Positions 17,767 through 26,429 of a stretch of 64,000 nucleotides of DNA are shown here, piece after piece. The position numbers and the translations under genes are program-made. This DNA is from Candidatus Omnitrophota bacterium (GTDB lineage: Bacteria; Omnitrophota; Gorgyraeia; Gygaellales; Profunditerraquicolaceae). The stretch is from contig JBAZKC010000003.1 of NCBI GenBank assembly GCA_041651035.1, forward strand, positions 5,153-69,152. The letters are read 5' to 3'. Within the stretch, counting starts at the first letter, position 1; each line of letters begins with the position of its first letter. Under the pieces are notes generated by a model that was not told the origin of the DNA, ran no database searches, and was given only the letters and a program-made list of their open reading frames with translations.

Positions 17767-20700
17767 ATGTTAAAGATTGATATGAAATTAATGAAAGATA
17801 TATTGCAATCCAAGCCCCTTGTTGTTATTGATCGAGTAATTGAATTTTCTCTTGTGGTCCCAGAAGAGGAAATTAATCCAGTGTTAGAGTTATTTTGCGA
17901 TGCGATTTCAAAGAAGCTTAATTTAAGTAGTGAAAGTGAATTTATTACAAAATCTAGTGAAACAATTTTTGAACAGAATTTAAGTCAAGAGAATAAACAA
18001 TTTGTTGCTATATGTCTACTTAGGATGCTTTCGGCAAATGATAAGTTTTTGCAAAAAGACGTTAATTTTAGGGCGAATGTTTTTAAGCTTTTTGATAATG
18101 TTTTTTTAAATGAAGTCTACATAAAACTTGGTATTTTACCCTCAAGCCAAACTTACGAGAAGGAAAATAGGTTGAAAGACTTGGTCCCGGTTATTGAAAG
18201 CGAGCTGGATGCCTTATTGTCCTCTTTTAATAATATGGAGTCGTTACCAAATTTTAGTCAAAGGTTTATTTCTATAATTCGTTCTAAAAGAGCGAAAAGA
18301 ATTATATGGCCATTTTGCCCAAAGGAATTATTAGATGTTAGATTGATTGGACTTTTCCGTCTTGCTAAAGAATACTTTGAGGCTAAAGGTGATAAGGCTG
18401 TTCAGGTTTTCGAGAAAGTTAAATCAAGTTTTACATCATTTATAAATATTGCTGATGAATTCGGAACTAAGTATAGCAAAAATTACCTTGGAGAATTGGC
18501 TAAGAAATTAAGATTATTAATTGTAGAGAGTTTTAACGAAAGCCCTTTAACGAAATCAACCAATGTCGTAATAAGACCCTCCATAAAGAAATATCCTTTT
18601 TGGGCTGTGGGCAAAATTATAAAGTTAAGTTTTATTGTAGAAAATTTGGGACCGGGTTATGCTTTTAATGTTAATTTAGGGACTAATTCAGAGATTCAGA
18701 TAGATAAAGAAAAGATATATTTAGGGAATCTTGAACCTGGTTTAATGACTATTGAAATTCCAGCAACTATTAATCAAGTTTCGGATTCTGTTAATATTAA
18801 GATTAGGCTAAGTTGGAACAATTTCGATAAGACTGAACAAATCCAGGAGTTTGATTTTAAGTTAGATGGGCAACGGTCAAATATTAAATGGGATGAAATT
18901 GCAAAAGAAGATCCTTATAGTCTTGAACCAATAAGCACAGAGGGTGAGCTTGTTGGTAGAGATGAAATTATTCGTCAATTGAAGGCGCAAGCTCAAGCAG
19001 ATAGCATTGGTTCATCATATGTTTATGGCCAAAAACGCGTTGGTAAAACTTCAATAGTGAAGACATTAAAGATGCAACTTAATAAGTTGCATTCTCAGGA
19101 TTATATGGCCATTTATCTAGAAGCCGGTGATTATATCGATCCAGACTCTAGGAATACCATAAAAAATTTAGGGAGAAAAATATGCAAAGAAATAAAGGAA
19201 TCAGATTTACGTTTTAAGAGTTTGGAAATTCCTTTTTTTGAAAGTGCGCTTTCTCCACTATCTGATTTTTTACAAGAGACATTGAGAATAGTCTCAAATT
19301 TAAGAATATTATTTATTCTAGATGAATTCGATGAGCTCCCAATCGAACTTTACAAACGAGGTTCTATTGGAGATGCATTTTTCCAAACAATTAGGGGTAT
19401 AAGTAATAAGAAATCTTTTGGATTTGTCCTAGTTGGTGGAGAGAAAATGGAACATATTTTAAGTTGCCAAGGTGACGTTTTGAACAAATTTCAACCAATT
19501 AGAGTTGATTATTTTGACAGAGAGCAGCATTGGCATGACTTTGAAGAGCTTGTTAGAAGACCAGTTGCCGATTGGTTTGAAATTCCAGATAATGCCTTAT
19601 TCGCTTTGTATGATCAAACCGCAGGGAATCCGTATTTCACTAAGTTAATATGCCGCTCTATTTTTAAAATCATGTTAGAAAGAAAGGATAGCTTTATAGC
19701 TGAATTAGAAGTAAAAGAAGCCATGGTTCAAGCTTTGCATGTTACTGGTAGTAATAGTTTTCAGCATTTTTGGGAGGATGATATTTTTGAAGTAGGGGAT
19801 AAAGCAGAAGTAATTTCCATGAACAGAAGAAAAGTTTTGCTTGCGTTGACAGAAGTATTTAGGCAGCACCCAGTTGCGAAAAGAGAACAAGTTTTAGCAC
19901 AAGCAAAGAACTATGGAGTTGAGTTAATTATTGAATCCGAGCTTAGAGAGCTTGAGCGTAGAAAAGTGCTTATTTCTGGAGCAGCAGGGTATAAATGTAA
20001 AGTGCATTTTTTTGAGGAATGGCTAAAAGAAAAAGGGGTCAATGAAATCATAACTACATTTACTGATTTAGACAGTATCTTGCTAAGAAAAAAACAAGAA
20101 GAGGAAGCATATGTTCGTTCAGATGAAGTTGTAAGATTGGTAAATAATTGGGGTACATATAAAGGAAGATTAATTACTGAAGATCGGGTGAGAGCATGGC
20201 TTGGTCAATTTGGAGATAATTCTAGTCAAAGACTAGCGTTTTGTATTTTACAAAATATTCGATTTTATAGTAATGATAAAATAAGGGCTAAATTGAAAGA
20301 AGCTCATGGAATCGTGGTTAGAGGACTAGTTCAGAAATACGAAGAAAAGCAGCGTAAGGTATCAAATATCGCAGTAAGCTATTTGGATGGCGTAGGAAAA
20401 AGTGGTGCTGAATTTGCACGACTTTATGCTGATGAGAACAGTATTTATTATAAGAACATAATTGAGCCTAATGAATTTGAACGTCTGGTAAAAAATAACA
20501 ATGGGATTCAGGTTTTGGTTTTTGTCGATGATTTTATGGGTACAGGAAACTCTGCAAAAGAAAATTTTAATAAATTATTTGATAAATATAGTGTATTTTT
20601 AAAAAGTATTGAATTACAAATGTTCTATGTTGCCATTGCTGGTTTTCAAGTAGCAAAAGTTAATCTCGAAAATGAACTTAGTAAATTAAATTTTTCTGTG

Positions 20701-20958
20701 AAAGTACATGTGTGCGATCCATTAGATGATTCTGCGAAGTGTTTTATTGATAAATCACAGATTTTCCCGAATCAGTTAGAGAGGGAAAAGGCGAAGGAGC
20801 TTTGCTCCCGGCTAGGAACGAAATTGCTAAAAGAAGCCCCATTAGGTTATGGAGATTGTCAAGCTACCGTAGTGTTTGAGGAATCGTGTCCGAACAATTG
20901 CCTTCCAATTTTATGGGAAGAGGGTAGTGACTGGGATCCTCTTTTTAAGCGCCTATAA
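17767..20958 (+). CDS. Large P-loop NTPase (STAND/AAA_16-like) with a C-terminal PRTase-like PRPP-loop motif (1063 aa)
   Basis: ELVGRDEII…GQKRVGKTS Walker A; ILFILDEFDE Walker B; near the C-terminus VLVFVDDFMGTGNS resembles the type I phosphoribosyltransferase hhhhDDhh-TG loop; RBS GGGAGAGG; candidate promoter TTGACA…TATAGA at ~17681-17710. Confidence 0.55.
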   Translation: MLKIDMKLMKDILQSKPLVVIDRVIEFSLVVPEEEINPVLELFCDAISKKLNLSSESEFITKSSETIFEQNLSQENKQFVAICLLRMLSANDKFLQKDVNFRANVFKLFDNVFLNEVYIKLGILPSSQTYEKENRLKDLVPVIESELDALLSSFNNMESLPNFSQRFISIIRSKRAKRIIWPFCPKELLDVRLIGLFRLAKEYFEAKGDKAVQVFEKVKSSFTSFINIADEFGTKYSKNYLGELAKKLRLLIVESFNESPLTKSTNVVIRPSIKKYPFWAVGKIIKLSFIVENLGPGYAFNVNLGTNSEIQIDKEKIYLGNLEPGLMTIEIPATINQVSDSVNIKIRLSWNNFDKTEQIQEFDFKLDGQRSNIKWDEIAKEDPYSLEPISTEGELVGRDEIIRQLKAQAQADSIGSSYVYGQKRVGKTSIVKTLKMQLNKLHSQDYMAIYLEAGDYIDPDSRNTIKNLGRKICKEIKESDLRFKSLEIPFFESALSPLSDFLQETLRIVSNLRILFILDEFDELPIELYKRGSIGDAFFQTIRGISNKKSFGFVLVGGEKMEHILSCQGDVLNKFQPIRVDYFDREQHWHDFEELVRRPVADWFEIPDNALFALYDQTAGNPYFTKLICRSIFKIMLERKDSFIAELEVKEAMVQALHVTGSNSFQHFWEDDIFEVGDKAEVISMNRRKVLLALTEVFRQHPVAKREQVLAQAKNYGVELIIESELRELERRKVLISGAAGYKCKVHFFEEWLKEKGVNEIITTFTDLDSILLRKKQEEEAYVRSDEVVRLVNNWGTYKGRLITEDRVRAWLGQFGDNSSQRLAFCILQNIRFYSNDKIRAKLKEAHGIVVRGLVQKYEEKQRKVSNIAVSYLDGVGKSGAEFARLYADENSIYYKNIIEPNEFERLVKNNNGIQVLVFVDDFMGTGNSAKENFNKLFDKYSVFLKSIELQMFYVAIAGFQVAKVNLENELSKLNFSVKVHVCDPLDDSAKCFIDKSQIFPNQLEREKAKELCSRLGTKLLKEAPLGYGDCQATVVFEESCPNNCLPILWEEGSDWDPLFKRL

Positions 20959-21016
20959 AATCTGTATAAAATATTCTCCAGTAGACTTTAACATCTAATC
21001 GTAGCCTTTTCTATAT

Positions 21017-21110
21017 TTCCAAGCTCTATACAGAGAGTCTTTCTGCCGCGCCGTATTTCTGGGCGTCTTTAGCGGGGTACCTCGTTTTAATTAAGATCTG
21101 ATATGATAAA
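21017..21110 (+). repeat. R1 repeat copy 2
   Basis: Matches 17454-17537 with one ~15-bp insertion; abuts the 21116 start codon. Confidence 0.6.
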
Positions 21111-21115
21111 TTATC

Positions 21116-21904
21116 ATGAAAACTAATCCAAATTTTCATCCCCTAGTAGAAAGAACAAGAAAGAGCATTAGTAAATATCCTTTAGACAAAGGTTGTCTTA
21201 TTGGTAGGCGCGAAGGACTTGATATCCGCGTAGGTCCCGATAGTGTAGATAGAGCATTAAAGATTATGGATACCTTGATTCAAGCCTTAGAAGCAAAAGG
21301 AGGACAGGTTTCTATAATTAAGAAAGACTATTATAAGAATCCCACTTGTGTTAATCTTTCTGGCGTAACCCTTGAATTCGACATTTATGAGAAAATAAAT
21401 ATTCTAAAGAATGGGCAGGATAAATTTGGTTATAACCAATTAGATTATATCCCTAACGGTAAGCTGGTTTTAAGGATTAAAAATACCTATGCTAATCGCA
21501 GCGAATGGAAAGACGGTGACCGTAAGAAGCTAGAAGATCAAATAGATAGTTTTATCGAAGGTTTGTATGCAGCAGTAGCGAAAGAGAAAGAGCTACAGAA
21601 GGAACGCGATAAATGGAAAGAAGAACAGAAGAAGAGAGATGAATTAGAAAGATTAAAAGAGTTGGAGCAGGAGCGCGTTGCTTACCTTGAAAAAGAAGCT
21701 ATGCGCTGGCAGAATAGCCAGATAATCCGCTCCTATGTGGAAGCCGCTACAAAGGCATATACTCAAAAGAACGGCAAGATCGAACCCGGTAGTGCATTTG
21801 ATAAGTGGAAAGATTGGGCCAAACAGCAGGCTGATCGTTTAGACCCCTTGCTAAATAGGCCGTTATTAGCCAAGAATGAAACAGTAATAAGCGAGAATAA
21901 GTGA
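21116..21904 (+). CDS. Hypothetical protein with a C-terminal coiled-coil (262 aa)
   Basis: ORF; K/E-rich heptad region KEKELQKERDKWKEEQKKRDELERLKELEQ. Confidence 0.4.
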   Translation: MKTNPNFHPLVERTRKSISKYPLDKGCLIGRREGLDIRVGPDSVDRALKIMDTLIQALEAKGGQVSIIKKDYYKNPTCVNLSGVTLEFDIYEKINILKNGQDKFGYNQLDYIPNGKLVLRIKNTYANRSEWKDGDRKKLEDQIDSFIEGLYAAVAKEKELQKERDKWKEEQKKRDELERLKELEQERVAYLEKEAMRWQNSQIIRSYVEAATKAYTQKNGKIEPGSAFDKWKDWAKQQADRLDPLLNRPLLAKNETVISENK

Positions 21905-21963
21905 ATGTCCGCCCATATACGGGTGGACAGGCCTTATCTATCTCTAGTATAACGAATTACGCC

Positions 21964-22118
21964 AATTTATCTCTGATAAAAGCGGACAAAACGGACAAAT
22001 TATCGTATTAACCATTATCTCTGAAGCCCGTAATTTCCTTGCAATTGGCAAAAATCATACCTATAATAAGGACTGCATGGTAAGAGATACTGTTATTAGT
22101 AACACCCATGCGGGGAGC
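21964..22118 (+). repeat. R2 repeat copy 1 (AATTTATCTCTGATAAAAGCGGAC … AATCATACCTATAATAAGGA…GTTATTAGTAACACC…CGGGGAG)
   Basis: Core 22053-22118 aligns with 22973-23037; the upstream TTATCTCT block is also shared. Confidence 0.6.
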
Positions 22119-22201
22119 CAAATATAACTCGAACTTTGCGATTTTCGCAAGGTTCGAAAAGGCCTTCTATAAGACTGCCTGCCGGTAAGCAGGCAAATGA
22201 C

Positions 22202-22230
22202 TTGCAGAGGGTTTTTTGTTGAGGTATAAT
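22202..22230 (+). promoter_or_regulatory. Sigma70-like promoter TTGCAG-17-TATAAT ending 6 nt before the ATG (leaderless-type arrangement)
   Basis: TTGCAG at 22202-22207, TATAAT at 22225-22230, ATG at 22237; no SD sequence. Confidence 0.45.
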
Positions 22231-22236
22231 TAGTTT

Positions 22237-22578
22237 ATGAAAATAATAACAGAAACATTATTATCAGATGAACTTAAGCAGATGGCTGAGGCTACCTTTG
22301 GTAATTTGGTAAAGGCTGTAGTTGATATCGATAGAGAAATTATTGCAGTTGATGCGGAGCTTCACTCTGATTTAGAAGCGTTGCTTTTAAAAGACGGCTC
22401 AAAACAAAAGAATCTCTGGGGTATTAATTTCTATCCAGAAATTAAGGGGGATGATTTTGTTGAATTTGACTCCATGATTAATATGCGCCCGTCTCAAGGG
22501 AATAGAAGCCGCGGTGTTGAGAATGAAGATATGCGCAAGAAGATTATTGCAATAGCTACAAAAAGGATTAAGCGATGA
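22237..22578 (+). CDS. Hypothetical small protein (113 aa), first gene of a translationally coupled pair
   Basis: ORF; stop overlaps the next start (ATGA). Confidence 0.45.
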   Translation: MKIITETLLSDELKQMAEATFGNLVKAVVDIDREIIAVDAELHSDLEALLLKDGSKQKNLWGINFYPEIKGDDFVEFDSMINMRPSQGNRSRGVENEDMRKKIIAIATKRIKR

Positions 22579-22907
22579 ACTATCAACATAAAGATTTAGC
22601 TGCTGGCCGTTGGAGTCAGCTATCCTTGATAGAGCAAATGGCAAATATTGGTAGCGAGGTTGAGCGAGCGCTTAACTGGCGAATAAAGAATAATGTTGAT
22701 TATACTCAAAAGGCATTTGAACGAGCCCTTGAGTTAATCGATTTAACATTAGAAAATGAAAAAAATTATGCACATCTGCAGGAAATTACCCGATTGAGAG
22801 AAGCAATTGTTGATTATTTCTTTGGGGTAAACCAGTTTATTTCTTCAGAAGGCTCTTGGCGGAGTTACTTCTTGCCATTTACCTACGCGTCTCGCAGAAA
22901 TCATTAA
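22575..22907 (+). CDS. Hypothetical small protein (110 aa), second gene of the pair (possible all-alpha MazG/HEPN-like fold, very uncertain)
   Basis: ORF overlapping the previous by 4 bp; WSQLSLIEQMANIGSEVERALNW helix-rich. Confidence 0.4.
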   Translation: MNYQHKDLAAGRWSQLSLIEQMANIGSEVERALNWRIKNNVDYTQKAFERALELIDLTLENEKNYAHLQEITRLREAIVDYFFGVNQFISSEGSWRSYFLPFTYASRRNH

Positions 22908-22930
22908 TTTTTAAGATTAATCTCACCTAT

Positions 22931-23037
22931 AAATTTATCTCTAAAGCTCGGAGTTTTCGTGTATTTGGTCATTAATCATACCTATAGTAAGGAAGTTATA
23001 TAAGAGATATAGTTATTACTTACACCAACACGGGGAG
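22931..23037 (+). repeat. R2 repeat copy 2
   Basis: AATTTATCTCTAAAGCTCGGAG … AATCATACCTATAGTAAGGA…AGTTATTACTTACACC…CGGGGAG. Confidence 0.6.
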
Positions 23038-23069
23038 TAAAAATAAAAAGGTATTTATAAATTATTTTC

Positions 23070-23097
23070 TTGAAAATCTTGCTATTTATGCTATAAA
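23070..23097 (+). promoter_or_regulatory. Sigma70-like promoter TTGAAA-16-TATAAA ending 7 nt before the ATG (leaderless-type)
   Basis: TTGAAA at 23070-23075, TATAAA at 23092-23097, ATG at 23105; no SD sequence. Confidence 0.4.
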
Positions 23098-23104
23098 ATA
23101 ATTT

Positions 23105-25435
23105 ATGTTTAAGTATAAATTTGTTGCTTTTGTCGCTTTAGTTTGTTTGGTATTATCTTTTACCACCACCCTTGCCTTTGCCGATAGCCCCAACAGCTCT
23201 CCCGTAAAAGTACAAATCTCAGCCTACGGCTCCAACGAAAGGAGCCAAAGAGGGCTTTTTACCACAGACTTTATCGTTCCTCTATATTATCCTGAAAACA
23301 AAAACACACTCTTTTTCTTTAACCCTAAATATACCTACACGACCCCGGATGCCGATGAGATCAACCAAGGCATAGGCCTGCGCCACATCTTCGATGATTC
23401 GTTTATCTTAGGGATAAACATCTTCTTCGACCGCCGCCTCGCTCATTCAGGCAAGTGGTATTCCCAGGCAGGCCTAGGTTTAGAATACCTCTCGCACCCC
23501 CTGGATGTACGCCTGAACTGGTACAAGCCTTTAACCAGGCCTAAAGTAGTAGATACAACCTACGGCTTCGGTTCCACAAGTTTAATCCAGTATGACAGTA
23601 AAGAAGAACCTCTCCAGGGCCTTGATTTTGAAGTTGGTGTCCCTGTCTTTGACCAATACACTAAGACACGCCTTTATCTCGGCGGCTTTTTTTACCAGTC
23701 CCGCTTGAGCAAAGACGTAAACGGATTCCGCACCAGGACCGAGACCAGCCTTGCTAAATGGCTTAGCCTGGACGCAACTTTTGAGTCTAAGTCTGACGGC
23801 CAGACTAAACTCTACGGCGGGGCGAGGGTCATTCTTCCCTTTGAATGGACCAAGCTCTTTAGAAAGAAGAGTAAGCAGGAATCTTCATCCCCGGCAGTTC
23901 CCAATACCTATATTGAAGACCGTATTTTTGACAGGGTAGTACGGGATATTGATATCCAGAGTAAGAGCTCTACTGCAGAGTCAAAAGAGAATGACTTAGT
24001 CTACGTGGATAACTCCAATACCTCAGGCACTGAAGACGGCTCCCTCCAGCACCCGTATAACACAATACAGGAGGGCGTTAACAATGCCTTTGGCGACAAG
24101 TGGGTCTATGTTAAAGAAGGCTTAAGCCAAGAGTCTACCCCTACATATTATGCCGCGGTTGACCTTACGAGCCATGATGATGTTGTATTATGGGGCAGCG
24201 GCTACGATGGGGGTTTTAAGGGTATAACTGCTCCGGGATATCCGGTTATTGATGGAGGGGGCTCGGATGATGATATCATTACCCTCGGGGATAAGAACAC
24301 CATCATGGGGCTACAGATCCAGAATACCGGAGGAAGTTGCATTATCGCAACAGACAGGACCCAGGCAGATATCACAAATAACATAATTAAGAAATTCGGT
24401 TATAATGGAGTATCTCTGGCCAACAACGGTGCAGTAGCGGCTAATTATAACATTAACGACAACATTTTCACTAATGACATTGATTCATACGATGATATAT
24501 GTATAGAAAATTACGGAAGCGGTTTAACAACGGCAAATATACTCAGGAACAATTTTGAAAACAATCTTGTATACCACTTAGGTATGGAAGTTTATGCCTA
24601 CTCTACGGGCCCGGTTAACTGCGTGATCAGGGATAATTCTTTTATTTTTAGCGGGGATAATTCCATGGGGATTTACGGTTGCGCTTTTGATACCAGCCAA
24701 ATGGATTTTATAATTACCGGAAACTCTTTCATCTTTAGTGGGGATTACATGACGGGGATCTACTATGACGCTTATGAGAATAGCCAGGCAAATTATACAA
24801 TTACCGGAAACTCCTATTTGTCTACCGCCACGTATAGTCCGTTTACGTTCGGCGGTCCAAATAATGACGCTACGCTTACCGCGGTAATCAGCGGTAATTC
24901 TTTAACAAGTGATATGGGTATAGATGTAGGCAGCTGGGATAATGCCAATGCCACCTACACTATCTTCGATAATACAATAACCGGATACAACGCTGATACC
25001 AGTTGGCTGGGCATAGAAATTCAATCATATCAGACTTCCAGCCTGTCGGCAGACGTATACGGCAATACCATCACAGGATTCCTCCATCCTCATACACAGT
25101 CTGGAGATCTTGATTGCGGGGCTGTGCAGATTGTAGCAGGTGATAGCGTCTCTTCCAGCGTCAAACTTTACCAAAATACCATAAATAATAATTATTTGGG
25201 AGTGCATGTCCACAACCTCACAACATCCGGGGTATACAACGTAGACTTAGGCGGGGGCACTCTTGGTTCTATGGGTTACAATTCTATCTATGGCAATACC
25301 CTGGATGTCAATAACGAATCCTCCGGCCTGTCTGTCAGCGCCCAGCACAACTGGTGGGGACAGGCCCCGCCTGATGCTGCTAAGTTCAGCGGCACAGTTG
25401 ACTATACTAATTACCTTTATTCAAACCCTAATTAG
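23105..25435 (+). CDS. Inverse-autotransporter-like (intimin/invasin-type beta-barrel) surface protein with a parallel beta-helix repeat passenger
   Basis: Signal peptide (FVAFVALVCLVLSFTTTLAFA); GIGLRH…GINIFFDRR…GLGLEYLSHPLDVRLNWYKPL resembles the IAT beta domain; many repeats like ITGNSFIFSGD/ITGNSYLS/ISGNSLTSD typical of right-handed beta-helix. Confidence 0.5.
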   Translation: MFKYKFVAFVALVCLVLSFTTTLAFADSPNSSPVKVQISAYGSNERSQRGLFTTDFIVPLYYPENKNTLFFFNPKYTYTTPDADEINQGIGLRHIFDDSFILGINIFFDRRLAHSGKWYSQAGLGLEYLSHPLDVRLNWYKPLTRPKVVDTTYGFGSTSLIQYDSKEEPLQGLDFEVGVPVFDQYTKTRLYLGGFFYQSRLSKDVNGFRTRTETSLAKWLSLDATFESKSDGQTKLYGGARVILPFEWTKLFRKKSKQESSSPAVPNTYIEDRIFDRVVRDIDIQSKSSTAESKENDLVYVDNSNTSGTEDGSLQHPYNTIQEGVNNAFGDKWVYVKEGLSQESTPTYYAAVDLTSHDDVVLWGSGYDGGFKGITAPGYPVIDGGGSDDDIITLGDKNTIMGLQIQNTGGSCIIATDRTQADITNNIIKKFGYNGVSLANNGAVAANYNINDNIFTNDIDSYDDICIENYGSGLTTANILRNNFENNLVYHLGMEVYAYSTGPVNCVIRDNSFIFSGDNSMGIYGCAFDTSQMDFIITGNSFIFSGDYMTGIYYDAYENSQANYTITGNSYLSTATYSPFTFGGPNNDATLTAVISGNSLTSDMGIDVGSWDNANATYTIFDNTITGYNADTSWLGIEIQSYQTSSLSADVYGNTITGFLHPHTQSGDLDCGAVQIVAGDSVSSSVKLYQNTINNNYLGVHVHNLTTSGVYNVDLGGGTLGSMGYNSIYGNTLDVNNESSGLSVSAQHNWWGQAPPDAAKFSGTVDYTNYLYSNPN

Positions 25436-25493
25436 CCCTTTGAACGCCTGCCATTTTTTATCTAGCTAGTGTATAAGTGAGATTATACGTTTA

Positions 25494-25535
25494 AAAGCCC
25501 TTGCAAATAAACTACTTGTGAGGGCTTTTTGTTTG
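25494..25535 (+). terminator. Rho-independent terminator
   Basis: AAAGCCCTT…AGGGCTTTTTGTTT. Confidence 0.55.
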
Positions 25536-25564
25536 GAGTAAAATAGAAAAGATGGGAGGGCAGG

Positions 25565-25942
25565 ATGGAGAAGAAAAGGCCGGTTGGTATAATAATATTA
25601 GGTAGCTTTTGGTTACTGATAGGAGTATATTACGGGATAGTAAATATTATAGGAAAAAGATTGCATCATTTTGATTTAGTCGTTCTTCCTATTTTATATC
25701 TTGGTATTGGAGCAGGGATCCTTATGCTAAAGAAATGGGCGCGATGGATCACTCTGTTTGCTATGGTTCTGCTTATGTTGAGCGGAGTATTGCTATTTAA
25801 TAGATGGTTAGAGGTAATAAGAAGCCTGCCAAATTCAGGATATCGTATAATAGCGATCCTCCTTTTTCTAGCTCGGTTCGCTTTAGCAGGAGGAGTAATC
25901 TTTTATCTCACGCGCGTTAAAGTAAAACAGCAGTTTAAGTAA
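25565..25942 (+). CDS. Small integral membrane protein (4 predicted TM segments)
   Basis: Hydrophobic segments; RBS GGGAGGGCAGG. Confidence 0.45.
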   Translation: MEKKRPVGIIILGSFWLLIGVYYGIVNIIGKRLHHFDLVVLPILYLGIGAGILMLKKWARWITLFAMVLLMLSGVLLFNRWLEVIRSLPNSGYRIIAILLFLARFALAGGVIFYLTRVKVKQQFK

Positions 25943-26012
25943 TTATAACCGGCTCTTTATGCGGAAGAGGCTTTTAAAAAAGCCCTGTCATTGTAAACGA
26001 AAGGAGGAAGAT

Positions 26013-26402
26013 ATGTTTAAGAAAGCAGCGGTTTTCGTCTTCTCGGGATTTTTACTCTTAAATATGTATGGCTGTTTTGCTTTATTCGCGGGGGCAGCAA
26101 GCGGGGCTGGAACAGCAGTTTGGCTTTCCGGGAAATCGACGCAGCAATTCAACGCTTCTTATGAAAGGACAGTAAAAGCGACTAAATCAGCTTTAAAGTC
26201 TTTAAATTTAGAAATAGCAAAGGAAACGAAAGAGGCAGATGTCACAACGTTCAGGAGTCACTATACCGATGGTAAGGAGATTTGGATTGATGTCAGAAAA
26301 ACTACTGATACTTCTACAAAGGTAGAAGTCCGCGTAGGCGGGGTGAGCGCAGATAAAGAAGCAAGTGCTGGAATTCTAGATAGAATAAAGCGTTATTTAT
26401 AA
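26013..26402 (+). CDS. Putative lipoprotein
   Basis: RBS AAGGAGGA 4 nt before the ATG at 26013; signal with LLNMYGC lipobox-like cysteine (the ORF track starts earlier, at 25959). Confidence 0.45.
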   Translation: MFKKAAVFVFSGFLLLNMYGCFALFAGAASGAGTAVWLSGKSTQQFNASYERTVKATKSALKSLNLEIAKETKEADVTTFRSHYTDGKEIWIDVRKTTDTSTKVEVRVGGVSADKEASAGILDRIKRYL

Positions 26403-26429
26403 GTTATTTTCCGCTGAGGAAGCGTCTGA

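Noticed and set aside
17454-23037. R1/R2 repeats as integron attC sites
   Set aside because: No R''/L''/L'/R' core sites (GTTRRRY) are recognisable, no conserved imperfect hairpin, and no intI/attI in the window.
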